64,000 nt of DNA from Monocercomonoides exilis PA203 (GCA_001643675.2 LSRY02000006.1:868001-932000); one strand, 5' to 3'. Positions 25,246 through 37,439 are shown, numbered from the stretch's first letter. The notes: generated by a model from the sequence alone, not told the origin. Numbers and translations are program-made.

Positions 25246-26500
25246 TCATGCAATCATCCCGCTCCCTCTCTTCGGATTGTTGTGCTGAAACAGCGGAATC
25301 CTGTTCACCGGGCTTGCATCTCTTTCTTCTGCCTTTTCAACCTCCTCTGCCTCCTCGTATTCTCCCCCTCCGTTTCTGCTTCTCCTCCTCCTCCTCCTCC
25401 CCGCCCCATCCCTCCCTCTCCCCCCTTTCTCCTCTGCCCCGCCTTCCCTGCCCCCGCCAATCTCCCCCCGCAACACCTGCTCCTCCAGCTCCCGAACCTG
25501 AACAACCAGCCGATCCACCTTCTCTTCATACGACGCCTTTATTTTCTTCTGCTCCTGCTTCTTTTGCGCAAGCGCCGTCTGCTCCTTTTCTATCACCTCA
25601 TTGAACGGCGCCTTCTGCATGCTTATCATCCACTTCTGCAATTTCGACAATGCAATCAGCATCTTCGTTTCCTTTTCCATCTTGTTCATCTTCTACTGCA
25701 CTTTTGCATCCACTCCTCCTTCACAACCAATACTAACACCACCACCACCATTTGTCCCAACGCCTTTCTTCTCTGATCTCTTGCTGAACCCAGATCTCGT
25801 TCCCTCACTTCCACCACCTCTTCCACTATCGTTGTTTGTTTTTCTCACAACACTCACTCCGCTCCTCGCTTTAACAACAACAGCCTTCCAAGAGGAATCC
25901 AGCTCAAGCATAAAAGCGCTGCCACCACAATGCTCGCTGCAAACTTCTCTTTGTGCTTTTTACACAGCCCAACAGCGGAATCAACGAAGCCCTAGACAGA
26001 ATTTTACGTTCACATACAGACATTAACAAAGAAGACGTTGCAAGGGAAACTTCAATTTCCTGCATCGAACCCTTGCTGTACCAACTCACCACCATGCCCT
26101 GCTGTGCGCATCGATTCTTCACTTCTCAATCCTCATATTAATCAGTTCCGCCTTCTTCTTCATCGTCACCAGCTGCTCCTTCACCTCCTTCACCTGCATC
26201 ACCTCTGCGTTGTGCTTCTCGCTCAGCTGCAGAATCTTCCTCTGATTCATCCAGATGAACTTGTCCTTCTCCTGCAGCTGCTCTTCCAGCACGCTCGTCC
26301 GCTTCTCCTCCTTTTCCTTTTCCAACTTCTTCTTCTTCTTTTCTTTCTTCCAGCAAATGCAGCACAACTGCTGCCGGCGACAAAACAACATCTTCCAACA
26401 TCAGCCCCTCTGCCCCACCGCCTCCAGCGCCTTCTCCGCAAACTCTTCCACTTCATTCACTGCAACCATTCGCTTCCTCATTTTGTTGACTAGCTTCATC
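25246..26500 (-). pseudogene. Degenerate coiled-coil gene fragments inside the 22061-27899 element
   Basis: Short Glu/Lys/Gln-rich heptad pieces (25246-25689, 26119-26391) broken by frameshifts and stops. Confidence 0.45.
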
Positions 26501-27904
26501 ACTTCGCATACCTCGTCTTCTTCTATCTGTTCGCCAGCCTTTCAATGGCCAACGGAGCCAGCGATAGATCAGGCGTATTGCAGATTAACAGGAACGCATT
26601 TACATCAACTACTGTTAATATCGGCTTCTTCAACGACTTCTTTCTCAGCAAGTTCTCAAGAAATGGGAGCAAAGCAACAAGAAGAATGAAAAGTATTATT
26701 CATTGAATTGACACAGCACGTTCTGTTCAGCAGAGCACATCAAGTCAACATTGAAACCTCGCAGTATGTGCAACATCCGCAGCGACAGGAGCAGTGACAG
26801 CTTCATAACCATCCAGCTTTTGCAGCTCAGCTGCTTTCTTCACAACTATCCTCAGCCGCCAAACGATTTCATTCAACCATGCCACTTCAAGCGTTTATGA
26901 ATCCTCCATCTTCGAGGCATCCGAAGTGTAAAATGCACGTACAGACGAAGATGCTAATATCCGTACATCCCCTGTCACCTTCTTCTCTTCTTTTATTGGA
27001 CTCCGGAATGTAAAGAAGATCTGCGTGCTACTCCACTTGAAGAAGACGAAGTAAAAAGGAGCTGATCGAAGAGACAACTAAATTGTTTCCACTCCCGCTA
27101 GAAGCTTTTTGATACAACTCATCACACAAAATTGCAGCTGCTTTCGAGTCACAAACACAAAGTCCATGTTCAAATTATAAACACCAATCATCACCGAAAT
27201 CTCATCTTTTTTGATTTGATGAAAAAGAAGGAACAGAATTTCTTTTGGAATGGAATTGAAATGAGAAGAAAAAGATAAGCAAAAAAGAAAATGAAAAGTT
27301 GAAAGCTATTTAAGATATGATTCATGATTTGATTCAAAACATGAGATATCATTTCTTTTTTGAATTTTTATAAACGGACATTTGACATCAGAAATTATAT
27401 GTTGTTTTTTTAATTATTTATTATAAAATTAATAACTGTTCAATATTAACAATTTTTTTAATTTCTGTTAATTGCAACGAGGACAGTTGAGATGAAATTT
27501 TCCTGGTTAATAATTTCTTTTAAAAATACTCAAATAAAAGCAAGTCAAAATCTATTTGTCTTTCAAATAGGGAAAATAATTAAAGTGGAGTCTCAATTCA
27601 AAAAATTAAAACGTTTATATGAACAGTTGAAACAAAAACAAAGAAATATGAACAAATTATTTAGTTGCAACAAAAAACAAGAAAAAACTATATTTGATAA
27701 CATCGATATGATTTTACAGTGTAAATAATATATGAAATCTGTTTTATTGAAACGCAAAACTTGGGGATAGGGTGACAAAACTGAAAAGAATAATTCTCAG
27801 CAATATATGATGGTAACGGAATGATCAACATTTTTTGATCATTTTTGATCATATTTTCAGATCAGTTAAACGTTTGCGACTTTTCAAAAAGAATGACCCA
27901 CATA

Positions 27905-28308
27905 GTTAGTGTTAATAATGGTGGACACTTTCAATAACTGTGGACAGTCGCATTATCTCAACAACCGTTGACAGTTACTTTTTGACAATTAGCCAAATTA
28001 TTCCTTCAATGAATACAAACTTATATGAATTGTTTCAATCACCAATCCAACACAATACAATTTTTTAAAAAATATATTTAGTTTTCGGAGAAATTCGGAG
28101 AATCTTATATCTCCGAGTTTCTCCGAGAATAGAATCTGTAAAGTTTTTGATTCTTGGGAGCAAGTTGTTTCATTTCTGTGTGTTATTTATAAGTTTGTAC
28201 AAAATGAGAGAATAATTGGGTTTATTATCAAAAAGTAACTGTCAACGGTTGTTGAGATTTCTCAACTGTCCACAGTTATTGAATGTGTCCACCATTACTA
28301 ACACTAAC
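27905..28308. mobile_element. ~400-bp MITE with ~100-bp imperfect TIRs, flanked by TA
   Basis: TA|GTTAGTGTTAATAATGGTGGACAC..CAACAACCGTTGACAGTTACTTTTTGA matches the reverse complement of ~28210-28308|TA. An internal palindrome (TTCGGAGAAATTCGGAGA..TCTCCGAGTTTCTCCGAG) lies at ~28084-28127. Confidence 0.9.
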
Positions 28309-29388
28309 TATATCCTTTTTCTTACGTTCTTTCCTTTCCTTCATTTGTTTATTTTGAATATTTTCCATGTAATAGAAAACTCTTTGAGATTTCATCGTCT
28401 TTTCAACTGAAGAACGTAGCACCACTTATTTTTCAAAATCCTTAACGTCCTCGAAATTAATATTATTTCTTCCTTTCTTCAAATTTCTTTTTTCATCAAA
28501 TGAAAATAAAACTCTCTGCTTAAAGGAATGTATTCAATTATTCTTTTCTTCAAATGGCATTTCTTCAATCATATCAACAATCTTTTCAAAACTTTCAATT
28601 TCTATTGCTGTTTTCACTTCACCTTTTTTGTCCGCTGCAGAAGCTCTCATTTCATAGAATTATCCTTCAATTATTGATTTTCCATAAACAACCGCTTTCT
28701 CTCTTTGTTTCATCTTCTACGACCAGTCGAATGCAAACAGCATAATGCAATCTCTCGAAGATCATCCATATTGTAATATGTTCCAAATAACATCTTCTTC
28801 CCCAATCCTGTTGTTTTCTGTGAATTCTTTCATCTTCCAAATGTAAAAAAGTCGGATTCGATCATCTTGGATTGTGCACATGATGATCGGCTATTCTTGA
28901 TTTAACATTGAATCAATAGATGACAAAGGCGACGAAGAAGACGAAGTGGTGAAGAAGGAGAAAAAGAAGAAAGAGAAGAAGAAGAATACATAGGAGAGGG
29001 GTGTTATGTGCAGAATATGTCTGTCGGAGAAATAGAGCATTCATATTGCATTTCTCCGAATGAGAATGTTCTCATAAGCTTATTTTGGAATTCATGAGAA
29101 GATGTGATGGGTTGAAGGAATTTATTTGCAAGGGAAAGTTAAAAAAAAAAAAAAGAAGAAGAAGAAGAAAAGGATAAAATGAAAAGAATGATTTTATACA
29201 GATGGCATTTCATTTCCAATGTTGCGAATGACAGTTGAGAAGAAGAGGAACAACTGAAATGATTTTCTTTTCAATTTGCTGTGCTGCCGATTGATAAGCA
29301 TTAACACATTGGAAGGTCTACTCTCTGATCCAATGTCAAATGAGAGGAATTATAAAAAGAGGAGGAGGAAGAAGCTGAGAAGAAGACG

Positions 29389-29452
29389 ATGGCGAAGAAG
29401 AAGGCGAAGATGAAGGCGAAGAAGAAGGCGAAGAAGAAGGCGAAGATGAAGC
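29389..29452. repeat. 12-bp tandem repeat (GAAGGCGAAGAW) in degenerate coding-like sequence
   Basis: About 5 units are visible. Confidence 0.7.
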
Positions 29453-30865
29453 TAGTGCTGAATGATCAGAATGCAACACAATAACAGCATTTGCAAACAA
29501 AATTCTCGCAGCAGCAGATATGAAGAAAGAACGAAAGAACGAAAGAAGAAAAAAAGGCCGAAAGAGAAATAGAATGAAACGAGTTGGATTGTGCTCTTCT
29601 GGAGGAAGTTAAACGACAAATGTGAACAAGACTCATTTGAAGAAAATGAAGAAATATTGAATGGATTCGAATTTCACTGCAGCCAACAGCAATAAGAGAA
29701 GGAAGATTTATTTTGTGTCGCAACATGAGAATTTGTTGGCTACTCAAACAACAAATTCTCAAATACGAAGAAGGTCTTCTTTTCATAAGCCAAATAAAAA
29801 AAATCTCGTCAATGAAGAAACCGAAGGAGAGGGAAAGAAATCACATAAGCTCCAAAAATGCTGCTTGAAATGGATTAACCCTGGGAATGACGTTCGTCGA
29901 AATAAAAACTGTTGTCTGGGAGAAAAAATGTTCAAAAAATAGATAAATAATAAGTTTTGCATTGATTAGAAAATTCTTCAATGGAACATGCATGCCCTCT
30001 TTTATCGCAAATGCAGAAAATTGTTCAATTACTGATGCTGCCATTCTCCTTTTCCATTGTTTCCCTGTGCTCCTTTCTCCATCATCCTTTTTTCTCATTA
30101 AATATCCTTCTTTCTATGTTTTCATCCATTTTTTTTCCTGAAAAAAATATCTCCGAATTCTATTCTTTCCAATAACTGTCCAATTGTTGTCATTCCATTT
30201 CGCTCTCATCAAAATGCTTTTCAATCGAATTTGTTTTCTTCCCCTCTCCCAACTGAATACAAAAAATTTGCAATTCACATCTGCTGATTGTCTCTCGGCT
30301 TAGCTCTCTTCCTATGATCTTCTCAGAAAAGCAAAAAAATGCACATTTATGTTATTTATCAGATTCTTAAGCTCTGAAAAGATGATTTACAAAAGAATCT
30401 TCTAAACAAACAGGAACGATAAAAAAATGCATACATGCGAATATTTTGATTTTTAAAAAATTGTTGAATTTCCTTCAATGATGCTTTTCATAAAAATCCT
30501 CTTGCACAATTTAATCATCAATTCCCCTCCGTCGCTGTCCCGTGCAACCTCTCAAAATAATATCTCCCATTCCGCAGAAAATATTTGTTCGCAGTCTCTC
30601 ATTTTAGCAAGGAATATTTTGTTCTTTCAAATCTGATGATCTGTATATCCATTACTGCAAACAAGAAAAAAGATAAAACGTTTTTTCTTTCTTTCTTTGT
30701 GACGACTTGCCAAACATCACTAACAACGCAGAATGGTATAACAACTTATGCTTTCATGATTATGTTGAGCTTTTGTTTTGCGCCGATTTCTTTTATCCGA
30801 TGATATCTGAATTCAAATCAAATGACGAATTTTCGTTGTTTTCTGGCTGCAACGCATTTTCAAAA

Positions 30866-32277
30866 ATGCAGAGGATATCAGCCAGAGCAAAGTTCAATAG
30901 TTTGCGCTCATTATTGCATTTGAATTCTTGTTGAATGGATTTCTTAATTTTTTATTTCAGAATTGTTTTGTGAACTTGAGCATTGCATTGAAGAAGATCA
31001 AAAACAGAAAGTTCTTGAAATAAATGGATTAATGGAAGGGATAGATAGAGAAGAATTCAAATTTATTTTCACAACAAGAATGTTCGAAGAAATGGACAAA
31101 ATGATTGAAAAAAAGAAACTTTCGATGGAAAATACAATCTTGTTGTTGAAGAAGGCCGGATATTGCAAAGTGTTGAAACATACGTTTGTCCTTGGATTTG
31201 AAGATTCTTTTCTGGGCAATAGGTTTACGACGACGATGATTGATGAAAATGAGAAGAAGAAAGGAAAGGATGAAAAGCAGCTGACTGATTGTTGTGAATG
31301 CTATCTTTTGCTTAGCAACGATTATATCTCAAGTTTGCTTCCAATATGTGTGCTCAGCCTTCTGAATGCTGCATTGAAGAAAGAGGAAAACGAGGAAGTT
31401 CAAAAAGAAGTGGAAATTGCTTTACTTGCATTGAGCAACATAAAATTTACAGCATGAGTATTCTATTTTATGTTTGAGATTTTTTTTAAAAAAATTTTTT
31501 TCTATATTTTATTAGTTCCTGCAACAAGAGCTTTTCCTCGATGATATCAAAGAGATCATCCTTTATCATCAAGAGTGTGGCAATCTGACACGACTTGCGT
31601 ATCAATCAGCTTGGCAGTTTTTGCAGTTCAGGCTTTATTCTGATAGGAGCGTGGAAGACGTGATTGTGGATGAGCTGCATTTCTCAAGCGAAATTAAAAG
31701 GGAGCTGGAAGAGCTGTCGAAATGTGTGGGTTTGAAAAGAAAAAAAGAGGAAAGAGGAAAAGAAACAAAAGAAGAGCTTACTTTAACAAGATGGCTCTAT
31801 CTAATTGATGATGACTTTTCCTCAAGCACATTGCATACTGAAGAATATGTTGGGCTTGTCAGCAACATCGTTCAGGTATATGGAACAACAAAGAATTATC
31901 ACAGTGAAATCAGCAAATTGTGTTTTCATTTATTTCGAGAAGCAGCAGAAAGTGAATGCGTGTATGTTGAAGATTTATTGGAAGGCAAAGCATTTGATGT
32001 CATTTTGGAGGAAATTCAGCAACCAACACTAAATGACGAAATGAAATATGAATGCTCGATATTTTTTTTTAATATTTCAAAGAAATTGAAAGGAAGCGTG
32101 GATTATGTAGTAACTAAAAAGAAAAGAAGGATAGCTAAAAAGAAGATATTTGAAAAGATGGAGGAAGAAGGTTACGAAGATGCCTTCACAAGCTTTTTTA
32201 ATACAATTAAATTTTTTGATGAAGACGATTATCTTAGATATACGTTGAATATTTCGGACTATTTTGTGAACATTTGA
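30866..32277 (+). CDS. ELEHC-family uncharacterised helical protein (3 exons)
   Basis: Exons 30866-30899, 30961-31451 and 31516-32277. The second intron requires a GC donor (GCATGA). Motifs ELEHC, EVQKEVEIALLALS, LTRLAYQSAWQFL, KMEEEGYED. The start may lie further upstream. Confidence 0.7.
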
Positions 32278-32636
32278 GGAAATGTTTCGCATTTTGAAAC
32301 TTGAAAATTTTATTTTTCTTTTTTCACCATTTCACAATTCAACAGTTATTTGAATGCTTTTATTTTGACTGTTTTTTTCACTTCTTCGAAATGGAAGAAC
32401 GTTGCAAGAAAACAACCGAACAACAGTTCAATTATCTTTTCATATGTGTCAATCTCTTCCTCATCGTGGAGATTCCATTGAGTGCAAGCAAAACGATTCC
32501 TTCTGCATTCTGCGCTCAGCATCTCGGTCATTATCTTCAGCAGCTCTTCTTCTCCTTTGCTCATTCAATCTGGCTGATAACTCCTCGCTTTCTCTTGTCT
32601 CTTCAGCTTTGCTTCCTATTGGATCCCATCAAAATG
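31896..32636 (+). repeat. 741-bp near-identical inverted copy of 5714-6454
   Basis: Direct comparison; covers the 3' half of the CDS and ~360 bp of 3' flank. Confidence 0.95.
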
Positions 32637-33740
32637 AATAATTCCCTTTGTTTTCTATTGTTTCCCTTCAACTTCTATTGCAAAATTGTGAAAATTTGTG
32701 AATTGATTCATATCAACTTTATTGAATTATATTTTGATATCAGAAATATTTTTTGAAAAAAAAAAATAAGATTCATTTTGTGTTCCATGTTTTTCTTCTT
32801 CTTCATTTTTTCAATATTCCATTGAAACTTGGCCAGTTCGATAGAACATAACCCGCACCTCTCATTCAAAGAAAATCTATCGTTATTTTTTCCCTTCTTA
32901 TCTTTTCTTTTTCTTTAACAAATATATTGATTTCTTCTTGTTTGCATCAATAATGTGAATATGTTATGTTGAAAAGAAATGAAAAAGTAACATATGTGTG
33001 TTCAACGTTCAGATATCGCAAAAAATAAAATGTAATGAAATAAAATAAAATTCTGCGTGAAAATTCTCTCTCTCTCTTTCTCTTTCTCTTTCTTTCTTTC
33101 TTTCTTTCTTTCTCACTCTCTTACTCACTCGTTTTTCACGATGATAAACAATAGATATTAAAATGTTGAACATTTCCAAAAACGATTAAAAACTTTTGAT
33201 TAGTCAAAACTTTATTGAATTTTTGAAAAATGAATATATAAAAATATATATATATATATATATTTGATAAAAAAACTTAAATGAAAAACTTTTTCTATAA
33301 TTTGTATACGAATACCATAAGAAATAAATAAAATTTGTTTTTTTTTATTTTTATTGGTAAAAAGGCGTGGTTAATAAGAAAATGGAAATTTATGACGTTT
33401 GAGTTTCGCTTTTTATATTCTTAAGATAACTTTTAACTTGTATTAACATCTGTTGCTTTCTTGTGACGTTACGAAATATTGTTATCTTATTTATTTAATG
33501 AACAAAAGAAAACAGAAAAAGATGATCAGCAATTTCGAAAGTTTATTGATTTGTTTTAAGAATTCTCTTTTCAAAGTTGATATTATTTGATGAAACTTAT
33601 GGATATTTGTTCTGATAGTTTTATTCATTCGGGAAATCAGTCTCTAATTTTAAATCCATTCAATGCACCTATAGTTGCATATGGTGTGTAGAGTTATTTT
33701 TTTATTTTTGTTATTTTCTCTCAAATTTTTGCTTTTGTAG

Positions 33741-35424
33741 TTGCTTCTCCCGAGCATTTCACATCAAACTCTTCTCATCGAAAACATTCTCATTGCTCCT
33801 GTTGCTGCCATTGTTGCCATCATCATAAACATTGCCACCACCGTCGCAAACGTTACAAAAGTCATTGTTCGACTTCGTCATCACGCTCATCATCACCAAC
33901 ATCAGCAAGCACATCTTCAACCAATTTAAGTTCATCACATAATTCTCATTGTCATTCTACATCAACTGCTTCTGTTTTCACTAATTCTCATTCTCATCAT
34001 CATAAACATAAGAGGAATTCACATCGTCATAGACATTCTTCGGTATCAAAATCGCATTCTCATCATAAATCCAGAGGGATTTCTCAATCTCAGGAGAAAA
34101 TGAATCAAAAATCGCTACAAAAACTGAAAGAATCGAAAAGGCTGGAACTCTTACACGAAAAGGCGAAAGAAGCAATATACGATGATCTTTTGACCTTAAG
34201 CAAAGGCAACATTAATAAGGTTTTTTCATTCTTATAAATTCTTTGTTTTTATTCAAACAATATTACAATATTGCATTTTTCAAATACCCCCCGCTCCCTC
34301 GTCTGCGTCTTGTGTCCGAAAATGGTTATCTTCATTCACTCTATCAACGCTTCATTAAGCCAACAATAGAACTATTTCTCACGTCTTATTTGAAGAACTT
34401 GACAATATCCTCGCCTGCATCGTCAACATTGCCATCTGTCAATTCATTTTCATCTTTTTCTCTTCGTTCGCCTGAAATTTTCGTGGCTGACTTGACACCT
34501 GAGCATCGGTCTGAGGTTGTGGAAGAAGTGATTGCTGAATTGGGATGGAGCGAATCTTCTCTTCATAGCAGACACGAACGAATTGATGGAGAAATAGAGG
34601 GAGCAAGCAATATCACTGAAAGGGATAAGAAATCAAAAGAAAATGACGAAGCAACAGGAGCTAAAAAGAAAACAAATGGAGATGCAGAAAATGAAAAAGA
34701 AGAGAAAGAAGAAAAAGCGGAGAGAAAAAGAAGTGAAAAGAAGAATAAAAAGATTGGAAAGGAAGAGGAAGAAGAGTCTGAGGAAGAGAAAGAAGAGGAG
34801 AAGAAAGAGGAGGAAGAGGAAGAGGAAGAAGCTTCAGAAAATGTTGTTGAAGAGAGCGCAGAAAGCGAACGAAACGATGATGAAGAAGCAGAAGGAGAAG
34901 AAAAAAGTTCAGAAGTTGAAGAAGAGAAAGGAACAGAAACTGAAAAAGAAAACGACTTCATTGAACAAAGTTTGGAAGGCGAAGCTGATGGAACATTGGA
35001 AAAAGCGAACAAGATAGTTGGAGAAGAAGAAGAAGAAGAAGAAGGTGGATGTGGGGATGAAGGAGAAGGAGAAGGAGAAGGAGGGGATCAATTTGGCTAC
35101 ACTTCAGAAGACTTCGAAGAAAAAGAAGCAGACGAAGAAGAAGAGCAAGAAAATACCAACGAGGGGAAAAGGGAAAGAGAAGAGGACGATAACGCTGAAT
35201 TTGAAGGGAAATTGGCAGAGAATGAGACTGTTGAAGATTTTTGCGCAAAAGAGGAAGGCGGAGAAGAAGGAGAAGAAGGAGAAGAAGGAGAAGTGGAAGA
35301 GGAAGAAGAAACCTTTGGAGCTGATGTTGCTGGGCCATTAGATGAAATTGATGAGCAAGGAACAGAAAACGCTGATCAAAATGATTATTATGAATACGAT
35401 TACGAAGATTCGTCTCCATTTTGA
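33741..35424 (+). CDS. Uncharacterised protein with a His/Cys-rich segment and long acidic C-terminus (5' exons unresolved)
   Basis: The exon after the AG at 33740 reads SHRKHSHCSCCCHCCHHHKHCHHRRK...; the downstream Glu-rich ORF ends at 35424. Confidence 0.55.
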
Positions 35425-35503
35425 GAAATCGCATGCATTAACACATCAAAAAAATTTTTTTGAAAGTATTAATTGTTGTGAGGTGTTTTTGCTATTCAAA
35501 GGG

Positions 35504-35506
<3 letters not shown>

Positions 35507-35570
<64 letters not shown>
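35507..35570 (+). repeat. 64-nt poly(A) tract
   Basis: Uninterrupted A run ~82 nt downstream of the 35424 stop. Confidence 0.95.
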
Positions 35571-35573
<3 letters not shown>

Positions 35574-36026
35574 TTTTTACAAATTCACAGAATTTTAATG
35601 AAAATTGTTCCAAGTTTGCATGTGATTATTGCATTATTAATGAATTTAGGGATAAATTAATAGCAAAACATTTAACAGAAATAATAATAATAATAATAAT
35701 AAACTAATATATGTTGTTTCTTCATGATAAAAGATAAATAAAAAAATAAATTAATCCTTAAAATATGTAAAGCAAAAACAAAATTGTTAAGCATTGCAAT
35801 AAAACCCGTTTGGATATAAAAGTTTTCATTAATAGAAATAATTGCAATTGAAATCATAAGCAATGAAAAGATAAAATGAAAATAAAGTTTGATTTTTCTT
35901 TCAATTAAAGAAAATTTAAGTTGAGCAACAATTTAGAGCAAAATACAAAGAGTGCTCGAACAAGCGCACAGTAGCATTCAAATCACAGAGAGGGAAAAAA
36001 AAAGCAGGCAACGAAAGGGTTTCCAT

Positions 36027-37439
36027 TCAGCCATTGCTATAGTTCATCTCATGTGACCGCATCAACGCATCGCTCTCTGCATGAGAAAGTAATCGAGCCT
36101 CGCGCATTGCTTGCTTTCTTTGCTTCCTCAGAATTATGCACACGACAACTGTGGCCACTATAAGAACAGAGCCGAAGCAAGAAAATGAAATTATGAATGC
36201 GCGCTGAAGCAAAGTAAGAGGCAAGTCTGGTTTTTCGTGGTACTTCTTTTCTGGCAATTTCACTTCGATTTCATTCGAAAGCAAAGTCCCACTGCCATTT
36301 CCAGAAGGAAACTCCACCCGAACGATGACTGAAGAAGCATCGTTGAGGCTACGCAAACTGCAACTAGTGTAGTATATCCTGCTCGATAAGGAATGCTCTA
36401 ATGATTTGTTAATGAATTTTTCATCTGATATATTTTGTGTATCATAAATAATATGCAAAAATGAGCCACATGGCGAAAGTCCGTCTCCATTTATTATAAA
36501 GTCTAAGTAATTATCTGAAAAATCGTTTTGAACTGTCACACTTGTTAAGTTTGAATGGTAATAAATATATTTTCCTGCATTATCATTTTGCAAAATATCG
36601 CATTCACGAATATCCATCCACATATCATCTGATTCTTCTCCGCTGCTCATAACGTTAATCTTTGATAAATATACTTGCCCTTTCTCTTCGCAAAATATAG
36701 TTCTTCTCGCATTTGAATTCCTAATAAAAATTTCCGTGTTAAACGTCGAATTATTTACTGACAAAGAACCTTGACTTTGATAAATGAATCCAAATGCCCC
36801 GTTTTGAAATATTGTTTCATTAAATTCAGAAACACAATTGTGGAGTTCAATATTTACTGGATGCCAATTGCAAATTTCTGATTGATAATAAGATGAAATC
36901 CTTTGAAAGGCTCTATTATCGTAAAAAGTTGAATTTTTTACATTGAATTGAGAATTGTATAATTGTATGAATGGAACCAGTTTTTCCAATTCAATGCTGT
37001 TACTATTTATGGTATATTTTCCGCTAATAAACGAAATTTTTGAATTATACGCTTCTATTATCAAACTACTTGCAAACTCATTTGCTTTAACAATAATGTT
37101 AACATGTTCTAATGTTAAATTAGTATCTCTTGTTAACAACAATGAGTTAGAAGAAATCTCTTTGGAAGATAACGTTGCACAATCTGTATCCCTTGATAAC
37201 AAAGAAACAGTTCGTTCATTGAATTTTATTTGATTTTGAGTGAAATTTTCTGATGATAGAAGAATGGCTAATTTTGTACTTTCTGGATGTGAGTTTATTG
37301 CATAAAGAATTGAGCCACAAGGCTTATCCATAGATCCGCAGTCATTCTCATCTCTTCCATCAGATTTAATATATAATTCAACTGTATCCTCTGCAAATAT
37401 AAAGAAATGACTCAAACTCAAAATGAAAAATAAAATCAT
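36027..37439 (-). CDS. Type-I membrane surface protein with a beta-helix-like ectodomain
   Basis: Signal-like MILFFILSLSHFFIFA, module LYIKSDGRDENDCGSMDKPCGSILYAI, Asn/Ser-rich beta repeats, and a TM helix (AFIISFSCFGSVLIVATVVVCIIL) followed by RKQRK. Intronless. Confidence 0.75.
   Translation of the reverse strand: MILFFILSLSHFFIFAEDTVELYIKSDGRDENDCGSMDKPCGSILYAINSHPESTKLAILLSSENFTQNQIKFNERTVSLLSRDTDCATLSSKEISSNSLLLTRDTNLTLEHVNIIVKANEFASSLIIEAYNSKISFISGKYTINSNSIELEKLVPFIQLYNSQFNVKNSTFYDNRAFQRISSYYQSEICNWHPVNIELHNCVSEFNETIFQNGAFGFIYQSQGSLSVNNSTFNTEIFIRNSNARRTIFCEEKGQVYLSKINVMSSGEESDDMWMDIRECDILQNDNAGKYIYYHSNLTSVTVQNDFSDNYLDFIINGDGLSPCGSFLHIIYDTQNISDEKFINKSLEHSLSSRIYYTSCSLRSLNDASSVIVRVEFPSGNGSGTLLSNEIEVKLPEKKYHEKPDLPLTLLQRAFIISFSCFGSVLIVATVVVCIILRKQRKQAMREARLLSHAESDALMRSHEMNYSNG

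Larger units (their letters stand above)
22061..27899. mobile_element. 5.8-kb non-autonomous TIR element with ACAT 4-bp TSD, filled with a mosaic of host gene fragments
   Basis: ACAT|GGGTCATTCTTTTTGAAAAGTCGC ... GCGACTTTTCAAAAAGAATGACCC|ACAT: a perfect 24-bp TIR, plus shared subterminal motifs (GATCAAAAA, CCGTTACCAT) in inverted orientation. Confidence 0.85.

Noticed and set aside
28310-30300. Coding-like degenerate sequence with GAA-rich repeats
   Set aside because: No sustained frame or recognisable family; probably pseudogene debris, but it cannot be called.
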